DNA of 57,867 bases. Origin: an uncultured virus (IMG/VR IMGVR_UViG_3300043772_001084) (Duplodnaviria > Heunggongvirae > Uroviricota > Caudoviricetes). Below are positions 8,803 to 18,788 of the stretch, one piece after another (the stretch's first letter is position 1; every line of letters begins with the position of its first letter). The stretch lies in IMG/VR virus record IMGVR_UViG_3300043772_001084. The stretch is one strand, 5' to 3'. Under the pieces are notes generated by a model, which was given only the letters and a program-made list of their open reading frames with translations, was not told the DNA's origin and did no database searches. Both the position numbers and the translations under genes were made by a program.

Positions 8803-11800
8803 ATGCCCAAATCATATAGAATAAGAACCGAAATTGGTCAAGACAAATACATAAATGTCAAGTTAGAACAAGATTTTGACCAGTTAGAGATACTTTCACT
8901 AAAAATAAATGAATCTGACATTTATACAAGAGTTTGTTCTGACTATGGTGTTGTTGTTGGTAGGGTATTGGTAAATGGTGGTTTTGGGGTTCCAAACGCT
9001 AAAGTATCTGTTTTCGTTCCATTAACACAAGAGGATGAAACAAATCCAATAATCTCTGAGTTATATCCATATAAAAATTTATCAGACTTAAATGAAGAAG
9101 GTTATAGATATAATTTATTACCAAAAGACCCATCTTATTCGGTTCATGCCGCAACAGGAACATTCCCAACAAGACAAGAAGTTTTACTAGATCAATCATA
9201 TATTGAAGTGTATGATAAGTATTATAAGTTTTCGGTAAAGACAAATGATAGTGGTGACTTTATGATATTTGGCGTTCCAACCGGAACTCAAACATTGGTA
9301 ATGGATGTTGATTTATCGGACATTGGTTGTTTTTCATTATCACCACAAGATTTAATCGACGCCGGTGTTGCTAGTCCGTCACAAGTAAATGGGAATAGAT
9401 TTAAATCGTCTTCAAACCTAAGTGAATTACCACAAATTAAAACTTTAAATAGAGTTGTTGAAGTTTCACCATTTTGGGGTGATGTTGATATTTGTCAATT
9501 TGGTATTACAAGAGTTGATTTTGATTTAACGGCCGAAGCAAATATTAAAATTGAACCAACAGCGGTTTTTATGGGTTCAATTGTTTCGACAACAAATGAA
9601 GATGCGATTAAAAGAAATTGCAAACCAAAAAATGATACTGGTAATATGTGTGATTTAATTGCAGGTCCTGGACAAATATTGGCAATTAGGCAAACAATTT
9701 TTACTGACAACAACGGAAATCCAGCATTGGAAGAATTTAAATTTGAAGAGGGTGGAAAATTAATTGATGAGAATGGAACATGGATGATTAATATTCCTAT
9801 GAATATTAATTATGTTATAACAAATGAGTTTGGACAACAAGTCATTTCAAACGACCCTAAAAAAGGAATACCAACTAAAGGAAAATATAGATTTAAAATC
9901 AAATGGCAAAACGAACAAGGAATTCAAAATGATTTTTTAAGAGGTAATTTTCTTGTCCCAAATATAAAAGAACACGGATGGACATCATCTGGGAACGACC
10001 CATTTAATCCTAATTCAGCGTCTCAAGTAACAGTAACATTACCAGCTGGAACTGTAACAGGATCAACAATACCAGTAGTTGGGACTGGTGGTTATTTACT
10101 TGAAGATACAATAAATTCATCAAATTTAACAGTTATAATAAACGGACAACCATATTTTGGTGATACAACATCAATACCGGTTACCGCTGGCGACACAATT
10201 CAGTTTATCTCAAACCCAATTGATGACACACAATCACAGACATTTAATATTACTTTTTTACCACAAAATTATTTTGAAGTGTTAAAATCATACGCCTTTA
10301 GTTTGGATTGGGATGATTATGCGGATAAACAATCGGCAATTGATTGTGAAGATACTTTTTATGAATTTAATTATAATAAAGTATATACTGTAAGTTCGTT
10401 TATTGATAGATATAAAAATGGTAAAGGAAGATCAAGACATTTGGGTATAAAAGAAATAACAAATAGAGCTTGTCAGAGTGAAAATAATAAATTTCCAGTA
10501 AATGACCTACAAAGAAATTTTGATTTTATTGAGTTTGTCGTAAGTATATTATTGTTTATTTTAAAATTTCCAATAATAATTCTAATATCTTTAGCACATT
10601 TTATTGCGGCAATTTGGCCAATTTTTAAATGGGTTATTGTAATATTCATCCCATTATTACTAACTTATCTAATAATACAAGCGGCGAGTAATGTTGCAGG
10701 TGCCGTACCCTTTGCTCTAGGTCAGTTAATTGGTAATCTTTTAGCTATTGTGATTTATTCAGCAATATTAGCCTTTTTTTTAATAAAAATAGCACCAAAA
10801 ATTATAGCAAAAAAAGGGTTCTCAAAAATTGCATTACCTATGATTTCATATCCAGATTGTGATGCTTGTCCGTGTGAAGATAGGGGATCAGATTTTGATG
10901 AAGTTGAAAGTTTTGCATCTGGAACAGGCGAAGGTAATTTTTCAAAATTAGCTAATATTAGTACATCAACAAATTACCAATGTGGTAGAGATACGGCAAA
11001 TTATAATAGAAATCCATATTTAAATAAGTTGTATGAGGATGAGTGCCCAACTAGTGTAACATTAGAAGCGACAAATAGTTATAATCAAATTTTTTCTGGT
11101 GTTGACGATCCTGCAGTTTCTTGGAGAAGAGGTTCAAGATCTTTTATAACAAGAAACGAAGATTGTAATCGTCGTAGGGATGAATTCGGTTATCCTGTTA
11201 CAGAACCTTGGCCACAAAAATTAAATTCATTTAATTTGAGGGATAAATATTTTGATAGTGCCTCATCAAGTATTGGTGGTATTAATCAAATTACAACAAG
11301 TGTTAATGGGTCACCAAATTTTAAAGACCAAATCGTTATTTTACTTTGTGATGTTGGAATGACATCAGAATTCCAATCCGGAGATTTATTAACATTTCAA
11401 AATCCAGCATTATCACCAGACTTAATAAGATTAACAGGATTAACAGACTCAACTGGTGGAACAATAACAAATGAATTTGGAACTTCATCTATAACTGGTA
11501 CAACAACAACCGGAACAACAATATCAAAAACAATTTGGTATGCTAATCCTAATAATCCTAATAATAGTTTATCAACAACAATACAAATCATACAAACAGG
11601 GAATACAAAAACAAATTATAAATTTGTTAGTGATATTGAATATTTCCAAGTAGTGACTGGGATGACAACTCAGGAATTTTTAAATAAAAGTAACTTAACA
11701 AGAGGTTCTTTTCCAAGTGAATATCTTTTACATAGAATAAGATATAATTATGAACAATTTGATGGAAACGATGATTATACCCAAAGTTGGTCTTCTTTAT

Positions 11801-14133
11801 TTACACAATGCCAACAGTGGGACCAGTTAAGTATTTTGGTATTAGTTAGAGGTGTGGATCCTTACACTGAAAAACAAAATATAACATATGGTTTAGGTCG
11901 AATATTTGGTTATTCAAATCATAACCAAGTCCAAGTTTCAGGTAAATTTAAATTAAATTATCCAATTAGAGGTTATTCTGATGGGTTAAAACCAATTGAA
12001 CATAATACTAATGATAATTCACCAAGTGTTTCACCAACGGATAGAAAAAATTATTATCCATCATTTACCTTTACTCCAGACACTATGTTGTTCTCTCAAT
12101 ATACGAATACAAACTCAAAATTACCATATTATTATTTATCAACAGATAGGAATAATTCTAATTTACCTGGTAATTATAGACCAGATTTAGGATTAGCAAC
12201 AAATTTAAATTTAAATAATCTTATTGTACCAACAACAAATAGACTTAATCAAAACCTTTCGTTTGGTGGAGACTTCAAGGTATATAACCTAATGCTACCT
12301 TTTAGAAATTCACTGTCAAACCCAAATAATCGTCAAGATGATCAACTCACAGATTCAACAGGACCACAAAATACAGCAGGTAATGATTTAATATCTCCAT
12401 TAGAATCTTACTATGTTGGTGGTGGTTCATTTTTAATAAGTCCAAGATTAAGATCTGATCGATTTATTGGTGGTGATTACGATCGGAGTCCTGTTTATTG
12501 GTGGTTATATTCACCTGGTTATCACACATATTCTACACTACCAGGTGTTAATTTTAATAACCCACAAGGTATTATTATGAGAAGTGATAGACTACCAACA
12601 TCAACGAATAGTGAAGGATCTGTTGGTAATCCAAATACAAGTTTTGCACTACACCAAAATAATAGTTTTGCAATATACAAAATACCAAATGAGGGTATAT
12701 TATCGGCACCACTTTCAACAACATCCACAAGTCCAGATTCAACCGGAGTATCACAAGATTTAGATTATTCTGGTGCGATTGGAACATCAATTGTGGAATC
12801 TTTAAGTTGTAATGGGTTAGTTGAGTTAAAATGTTATACTGGTTCTGGTGTTAATTTTGGTATAAATCAAGAATGTTCAAAAGATGATAAAGTAAAGGGT
12901 GGTTGCTATTATCTATTAAACAAACCATATATATCTAGTATTGACGACGACATAAAATTATTTTTAGAATGGTCTGCAAGGTTTAGAATAAATTTTGCCG
13001 CATGTCGTGGTGTATTTAGTCATATGTTCCAAAACAATTGGATAAATGGTGTATTATATATGCCAACATTTAATAAAGGAACAATATTTAATATAACAGG
13101 ACAAGTAACTAATTATGAATATTGTAATGATATTATTATTTTTAACGATATAAGTAATAATTTCTATTATAGAAGCTCCCCATGGGATGGAACCAATTTT
13201 ATTGGTGCATTACCACCAGCACCAACTTCTGCATTACCAGGTTTATTACCAGCACCACAATCAGACAAGTCACAAAATGAAAAACAAATACTATTTCCAA
13301 CAACAATTATGGATTTGGGTAATAGAGATGAGTTTATTGCTGAAATATGTGCAAACCCAACTTTTTCTGGTGAATATTTAATTAACACCATAAAAAGTAG
13401 CACATATAATGATAATTCAGATTTGTTACAATTAGGTATTGTTTCTAGATTATTAAATTCTACTTGGGCACAACAATTACTTAGTGTTGGGGACGCCTCA
13501 GTTAATCAGTTCTTTTCAAGAGAAGGGGACAGAATTGATGGTGATTTTGCACAATCATTTTCTATAAATTCTGAATATGAAATAAATCCATTTATAAGTG
13601 GGAATTATCCGGATAATCAAATTTATCTTGGTGAAGATACATCTGGAAAACCTGTTTTTGGTATTTTTTATGATTTAAATGAACAACAATATAAAAATAG
13701 AAGAGCGGTAAGTCCCGGTGTTTCAATATATAATATTTCACCACTATTACAAGATTATTATGGATACCAATCAACACAAGAAGTCCCTAATTATAAGTGG
13801 AAATTAAATTCAAATACAAGTATTTTTGGTAATGAAACCAACAATTGGTACACAACTTCACCATTTTATAAAAAGAAATATCAACAATTTGATGCAAGTT
13901 CTGGAGATTATTTTACAACACCAACATCAACTTCGCCAGCGATAAATTTAGGTTTTATAACCAATTTTACACCATTTTATAGTTTTACCGGAACCTTAAC
14001 ACCAGAACCAAATGGTGGGACTTCAACACCATTTTTAGTTGGTGGGCCAAATCATTTCTACTTTGGTTTAAAAAATGGTAAAACAGCACTAAATCGGTTC
14101 ATAAAAACATATTTAGAAACAGAGGAAGACTAA
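8803..14133 (+). CDS. Large baseplate-cluster protein with internal multi-pass hydrophobic segment
   Basis: 1776 aa; N-terminal beta-sandwich-like GRVLVNGGFGVPNAKVSVF; hydrophobic stretch around aa 575-668; TATTTAT upstream. Confidence 0.7.
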   Translation: MPKSYRIRTEIGQDKYINVKLEQDFDQLEILSLKINESDIYTRVCSDYGVVVGRVLVNGGFGVPNAKVSVFVPLTQEDETNPIISELYPYKNLSDLNEEGYRYNLLPKDPSYSVHAATGTFPTRQEVLLDQSYIEVYDKYYKFSVKTNDSGDFMIFGVPTGTQTLVMDVDLSDIGCFSLSPQDLIDAGVASPSQVNGNRFKSSSNLSELPQIKTLNRVVEVSPFWGDVDICQFGITRVDFDLTAEANIKIEPTAVFMGSIVSTTNEDAIKRNCKPKNDTGNMCDLIAGPGQILAIRQTIFTDNNGNPALEEFKFEEGGKLIDENGTWMINIPMNINYVITNEFGQQVISNDPKKGIPTKGKYRFKIKWQNEQGIQNDFLRGNFLVPNIKEHGWTSSGNDPFNPNSASQVTVTLPAGTVTGSTIPVVGTGGYLLEDTINSSNLTVIINGQPYFGDTTSIPVTAGDTIQFISNPIDDTQSQTFNITFLPQNYFEVLKSYAFSLDWDDYADKQSAIDCEDTFYEFNYNKVYTVSSFIDRYKNGKGRSRHLGIKEITNRACQSENNKFPVNDLQRNFDFIEFVVSILLFILKFPIIILISLAHFIAAIWPIFKWVIVIFIPLLLTYLIIQAASNVAGAVPFALGQLIGNLLAIVIYSAILAFFLIKIAPKIIAKKGFSKIALPMISYPDCDACPCEDRGSDFDEVESFASGTGEGNFSKLANISTSTNYQCGRDTANYNRNPYLNKLYEDECPTSVTLEATNSYNQIFSGVDDPAVSWRRGSRSFITRNEDCNRRRDEFGYPVTEPWPQKLNSFNLRDKYFDSASSSIGGINQITTSVNGSPNFKDQIVILLCDVGMTSEFQSGDLLTFQNPALSPDLIRLTGLTDSTGGTITNEFGTSSITGTTTTGTTISKTIWYANPNNPNNSLSTTIQIIQTGNTKTNYKFVSDIEYFQVVTGMTTQEFLNKSNLTRGSFPSEYLLHRIRYNYEQFDGNDDYTQSWSSLFTQCQQWDQLSILVLVRGVDPYTEKQNITYGLGRIFGYSNHNQVQVSGKFKLNYPIRGYSDGLKPIEHNTNDNSPSVSPTDRKNYYPSFTFTPDTMLFSQYTNTNSKLPYYYLSTDRNNSNLPGNYRPDLGLATNLNLNNLIVPTTNRLNQNLSFGGDFKVYNLMLPFRNSLSNPNNRQDDQLTDSTGPQNTAGNDLISPLESYYVGGGSFLISPRLRSDRFIGGDYDRSPVYWWLYSPGYHTYSTLPGVNFNNPQGIIMRSDRLPTSTNSEGSVGNPNTSFALHQNNSFAIYKIPNEGILSAPLSTTSTSPDSTGVSQDLDYSGAIGTSIVESLSCNGLVELKCYTGSGVNFGINQECSKDDKVKGGCYYLLNKPYISSIDDDIKLFLEWSARFRINFAACRGVFSHMFQNNWINGVLYMPTFNKGTIFNITGQVTNYEYCNDIIIFNDISNNFYYRSSPWDGTNFIGALPPAPTSALPGLLPAPQSDKSQNEKQILFPTTIMDLGNRDEFIAEICANPTFSGEYLINTIKSSTYNDNSDLLQLGIVSRLLNSTWAQQLLSVGDASVNQFFSREGDRIDGDFAQSFSINSEYEINPFISGNYPDNQIYLGEDTSGKPVFGIFYDLNEQQYKNRRAVSPGVSIYNISPLLQDYYGYQSTQEVPNYKWKLNSNTSIFGNETNNWYTTSPFYKKKYQQFDASSGDYFTTPTSTSPAINLGFITNFTPFYSFTGTLTPEPNGGTSTPFLVGGPNHFYFGLKNGKTALNRFIKTYLETEED

Positions 14134-15869
14134 TGGGAATAGATAATACAACAACAATAGTATTAGGAAGTGAAAGATTTAAATCATCACAAGATACTAA
14201 TTTGTCATTGGATGTCAGTTTGAATGGTAATCAAAAAGAAATTATTGAATTTGACAGAAATGTTGATTTAAGCTTACAAACTGTTTTTGACGAAGAACGA
14301 CAATCATCAACAGTATTTAGACCAAGTTGTAAATATTCTTTTATATTTCAAAATGAGTTTATTGGGAAAACAACTTATGCACCATTTAGAAACAATCTTT
14401 ATTATACAAATGCAATAAAAAATAAAGTTTCCCAAATTACAAATCCAAATATTCCTTGGCAGGGCTATCCCCAATATTTTGAATTTGATTTAATAAGAAC
14501 TGACAACAACACCGTTGGTTATACCAAACCACCAAATAACCATTTAACTTTTATTAACAAAAGTGCTAGCACATATAACTGGTCACATTATATAACATAT
14601 GTCTATGATAATGACTACAATAAACCATTATACGCTATTGATCCCCAAACTCAAACATCTTGGTATTGGACAGCAAATGACGGACTACCATTTAGGATTT
14701 CAGTTGGTACGGATCAAAACCAAAATGAAATATCGTTTAAATGTCCGGTAAAACACGGACTACAATCTGGTGAGTATGTAAAATTACCATTTAGCTACAA
14801 TGGGAATAGTATATTTCAAGTAAGTAGTATTGGTGATGTTGGATATGGTAGTGATTTATACATATTTAATATTGATAATGTTGGTTATACCGGAACCACA
14901 TTCCAAACTGGAACAATTGGTAGTTTTAAGAGAATAATAAATAATGAGAATATCAAAGAAACAACCTCAAAATATTATGTAAGAAAACATAAAGTTTTAA
15001 CAAATGCTGATTGTGCGGTATTGGTTAAGGCTGGGTTTGAACTTAATAATTTTAGGTCAAAATCAAAACTTGAAAAAGCCGTAATTACACCAGATGGTGT
15101 TGAAAGAACATCAATAAAAGAAGGAAATCAAAGTTATACACTTTCGTTTAATTGTGATATTGACATTAACTCATTGAGAGATAATCAAAAAAGACCAATA
15201 ACAGAATTACACTTTACAACAATTTGGAAAGGGTATTTTGGTTGGACCAAAAATCTAAAACAAGGTTTTGATTTTAATGCTCCATTGGTTAATAACCTAC
15301 CAAATAGTTGGTGGGATCAAACAAATCCATTATCATCAACAGGTATTCCACAATTACAATATAACTCATCAACATTACCACCTGAAGGTCCATTTTATTA
15401 TAATGGCGATTTAAATGTTGGTGATGTTATTGATGGTTCATATTGTGAATGGAATGATTATGAACAAAATGAAAGGGTTATATCAGAAATTAACCATAAA
15501 ATAACATTTAACGGTACTTTCTTTGAAGTTCCATCAGATTCACCATCAACAAATCCACTTGGGTATTATTATAGACCACATTCAGCATTAACAATTAGAG
15601 TATTTTCTGATTATATTGAGGAAGCACCAAGAGACGGTGTTTTAGGTGTTCCGGATTATGCTTACTATTCGGATTTATCAAATAGTTTTAGGTGGAGAGA
15701 CATTTATACTTATGGCTTTATTGACACATCAGATATTGGTGTGGATTATCCATTTTTGAACGGAAAACATTATCCATACGCTAATTATATATTTAGAGTT
15801 TATCCAGAAGGTATTAACCTACAAAACATAAATGAAATTGTAACACCTACCGAAGATGAGTGTGAATAA
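14133..15869 (+). CDS. putative virion structural protein
   Basis: 578 aa; translationally coupled within the baseplate operon. Confidence 0.7.
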   Translation: MGIDNTTTIVLGSERFKSSQDTNLSLDVSLNGNQKEIIEFDRNVDLSLQTVFDEERQSSTVFRPSCKYSFIFQNEFIGKTTYAPFRNNLYYTNAIKNKVSQITNPNIPWQGYPQYFEFDLIRTDNNTVGYTKPPNNHLTFINKSASTYNWSHYITYVYDNDYNKPLYAIDPQTQTSWYWTANDGLPFRISVGTDQNQNEISFKCPVKHGLQSGEYVKLPFSYNGNSIFQVSSIGDVGYGSDLYIFNIDNVGYTGTTFQTGTIGSFKRIINNENIKETTSKYYVRKHKVLTNADCAVLVKAGFELNNFRSKSKLEKAVITPDGVERTSIKEGNQSYTLSFNCDIDINSLRDNQKRPITELHFTTIWKGYFGWTKNLKQGFDFNAPLVNNLPNSWWDQTNPLSSTGIPQLQYNSSTLPPEGPFYYNGDLNVGDVIDGSYCEWNDYEQNERVISEINHKITFNGTFFEVPSDSPSTNPLGYYYRPHSALTIRVFSDYIEEAPRDGVLGVPDYAYYSDLSNSFRWRDIYTYGFIDTSDIGVDYPFLNGKHYPYANYIFRVYPEGINLQNINEIVTPTEDECE

Positions 15870-16665
15870 AATAAAAATTGTTCTTCCAGATACTAACAAG
15901 TATGTTAATGTTCCCGTTGAATTAAATTGGGATTTTATGGGTAGGGATGATAGTATTGAAGAATATCAAAAAAAGATGGTAAAGGAAGTTATTGGGATTG
16001 CCAATGATTTTGAAACATTAAGATTTACACATAATCAATTTTTAAATCAATCAACAGAAATAAATTATGAGTTTTCATTTTTTGATAATTCGCAACCAAT
16101 AACCGCAAGCACATTAACAATCTCCAATTGGGATATATCATATCAAAATCAAGGATTTACACCTTCAGATATTTATTATTTTACAAAACCATTCACAAAG
16201 TCGTTCTTTAAGTTGGATTTTTATGACACACCGGAAGACAAAACGCAAACTTTGTATTTCTCAATAATATTACCGGTTCAACAAGGCCAGACCGAAAGTG
16301 TTTCACTTTCATCATTATTACCAAATGTTGATATTAAGAAACCAAAATTTGCCTTGGATTATATTGGAGATAAGGAAGGGTTTTTTATTTATTGGTTAAG
16401 AAAAAGAGATTTTATAAACATTAATGAGTTTTATATGTCAGCAAAATTCTTTAATGGAAGACGAGGGGTTTATGCGACAATGACAAATAAAGTCCAACCA
16501 CAAATCTTACCATCAAGATTTAATTTCTTGGGTAGCGATTATTTTTACTATAAAGTTAATTTGAACTATAACACAAAAACATATGAGGTTTTTGAAACCT
16601 CAACAAACACGAGGGTTGGAGATACTCCAAATCCGATAAAATGGTATGAATATGTAAATCCATAA
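15856..16665 (+). CDS. putative virion structural protein
   Basis: 269 aa; overlaps both neighbours in the operon. Confidence 0.7.
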   Translation: MSVNKIKIVLPDTNKYVNVPVELNWDFMGRDDSIEEYQKKMVKEVIGIANDFETLRFTHNQFLNQSTEINYEFSFFDNSQPITASTLTISNWDISYQNQGFTPSDIYYFTKPFTKSFFKLDFYDTPEDKTQTLYFSIILPVQQGQTESVSLSSLLPNVDIKKPKFALDYIGDKEGFFIYWLRKRDFININEFYMSAKFFNGRRGVYATMTNKVQPQILPSRFNFLGSDYFYYKVNLNYNTKTYEVFETSTNTRVGDTPNPIKWYEYVNP

Positions 16666-17840
16666 TGGAAGAACAAAAATATTATTTTAAAATATCACCA
16701 GAAAATATACTTTCGGATTTGGTAAATATTCCATATACCGCAGGAACCGAAGTAATATATGATATTGACAATTGTTGTTTTATTACTGCAACAACCGAGA
16801 ATACAATTACCGGAACAACAGGACTTTATCTATCAATGCGAGATCTTTTATCTGGTGGAACAAATGGAACATCTTTACTCACAGGATTAACAATACCTAT
16901 TTTATTTACACAATCTGCTGTTGATATTGGATATTACTCAACATTTGATGGGGCTGTTCTACAAAAAGAAGTAATCAATAATTTTATTTTTACAGCAAAC
17001 ACATTAAACCCATATAATTATATTTTTTATAACACATCAGAACAAGAGATGATTAAATTTCTTGGTCTTATAACATATAAATTAAATTGGGGTGATGGAA
17101 CACCAGAAATCACATTAACATCGGCCGGACCAATAACACATACATACCCGGCATCAAATGGAACATATACAATTACAATGACAGCTAACTCACCTTGGGG
17201 TGTTTCGGTTGTCCAAAAAACAATTAAAGTTCCAGTAACACAAATAACAATACCGAACCCAAATGGTAATGCTGTATTTTTTCCGGCTGGGGGAAGTTGG
17301 TCTGGAACACCAATAAGTTATGATTATATTTTTAGTGGTGATTCAAATACAAATTTATCAGATTTTTATAGTAGTAATTATACTTCAGTTCCTTTTATTA
17401 TCAGTGGATTTACTGAATCGTCAATTAACGATTTGGCACAATATGGTCCAAAAGATATGTTGTTTGCTGGTAAATACAAGATTGGCACCCAAGTAACCGG
17501 AACAACCGGTTGTGTTGGAACAGTTTGGGGACCGGATCCATCAAACACATATATATCATATACGATAAACAATATTGACTATTATGACTTTGAGGACTAT
17601 ACCTTATATGTCACATATTCTTCTGGATTTAGACAAGACGACCTTGTTATGTCGGCACTTACAAAAAATGAAGGCTTATTGAATGTGATAGATCAACCGG
17701 AAGTCCAAACAAATGTATTTGTTGAACGAGGAAAACAGGCTGTTTTGGAGTATATTGAGAGAATAGGTGAGGTTGATAATGTTGGTGATTTAGAAAAATA
17801 CGGATATGGATTTTTCAAAGTCAAAAAAGATACTGCATAA
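16665..17840 (+). CDS. putative structural protein with PKD-like domain
   Basis: YKLNWGDGT..THTY..GTYTITMTA PKD signature. Confidence 0.72.
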   Translation: MEEQKYYFKISPENILSDLVNIPYTAGTEVIYDIDNCCFITATTENTITGTTGLYLSMRDLLSGGTNGTSLLTGLTIPILFTQSAVDIGYYSTFDGAVLQKEVINNFIFTANTLNPYNYIFYNTSEQEMIKFLGLITYKLNWGDGTPEITLTSAGPITHTYPASNGTYTITMTANSPWGVSVVQKTIKVPVTQITIPNPNGNAVFFPAGGSWSGTPISYDYIFSGDSNTNLSDFYSSNYTSVPFIISGFTESSINDLAQYGPKDMLFAGKYKIGTQVTGTTGCVGTVWGPDPSNTYISYTINNIDYYDFEDYTLYVTYSSGFRQDDLVMSALTKNEGLLNVIDQPEVQTNVFVERGKQAVLEYIERIGEVDNVGDLEKYGYGFFKVKKDTA

Positions 17841-17882
17841 GTATTTATAACAAAAGAACAATAAATTTATAAAACATAAAAA

Positions 17883-18788
17883 GTGGCTACCGGATCCTAT
17901 GGAGTAATAAGAAGTGCGGATGTCAGTCCCGACGATGTTGAGGTAATATTAAATTATACCCCAAGTAGAGATTTGACTGATAATTTTGTATTGACAAAAC
18001 TTGACGCTAAGACAATATTAAGACCATATTTCAATAACGCCAATACTGGTGGGGCAAACAACGAGGTTCTTGGTGGTCTTTACAATTTAAAATTACCGGC
18101 GGATCAGTTTAATAAACTTGGTATTTATACACTTTATATTAGACCAGCCGAAATTAGAACAACAATTACTGATTGTGGTATTTTATCTGCACTTCCTAAT
18201 GTTAAGGGGATTGTTATTGATTTAAATAATGTTCCACAACAATTTAGAAATAAATTTGTAAATCAAGGACTTGTTGGATTTAGAGTTGAATATTTAAACT
18301 CTGATGGTAGTAAAATTCCCAACTTCTTTAGGATTATTACATCATCTTTTTATTGTGAGCCAGTGGTTCAAAATTTGACAAATACAAGTCAAAAATCAAT
18401 TAGATATATCTATGTTGAAGGAACTTCAAACTTACTTTTTTGCACATTATCACCATCGTCATCACCAACAAATAAACCAAACGCAACACCATTTATCGGA
18501 CAACCAAACCAAAATATTATTATAACAAATACCTATTTTAATCCAATCACAACTGAAATTGAAATTGTGGATCAGGATATTTCTACACTTGCAATTGCTC
18601 TTTATGGTAATCAAACTAAATCTATGGATGATGGTATTTACACAATTTACGATAGTGGAAACAACATCTACAAACAATACAACTTATACGAAATTAGAGA
18701 TCAATTTAATAATTTACTTTATGAAGTAAGACAGGATAGAGGTAATAATATTGATTTTAGCAAAGCTTTCAATAACATAACTGGATAA
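17883..18788 (+). CDS. putative structural protein (GTG start)
   Basis: 301-aa ORF in the baseplate cluster; TATTTAT at 17842. Confidence 0.7.
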   Translation: MATGSYGVIRSADVSPDDVEVILNYTPSRDLTDNFVLTKLDAKTILRPYFNNANTGGANNEVLGGLYNLKLPADQFNKLGIYTLYIRPAEIRTTITDCGILSALPNVKGIVIDLNNVPQQFRNKFVNQGLVGFRVEYLNSDGSKIPNFFRIITSSFYCEPVVQNLTNTSQKSIRYIYVEGTSNLLFCTLSPSSSPTNKPNATPFIGQPNQNIIITNTYFNPITTEIEIVDQDISTLAIALYGNQTKSMDDGIYTIYDSGNNIYKQYNLYEIRDQFNNLLYEVRQDRGNNIDFSKAFNNITG

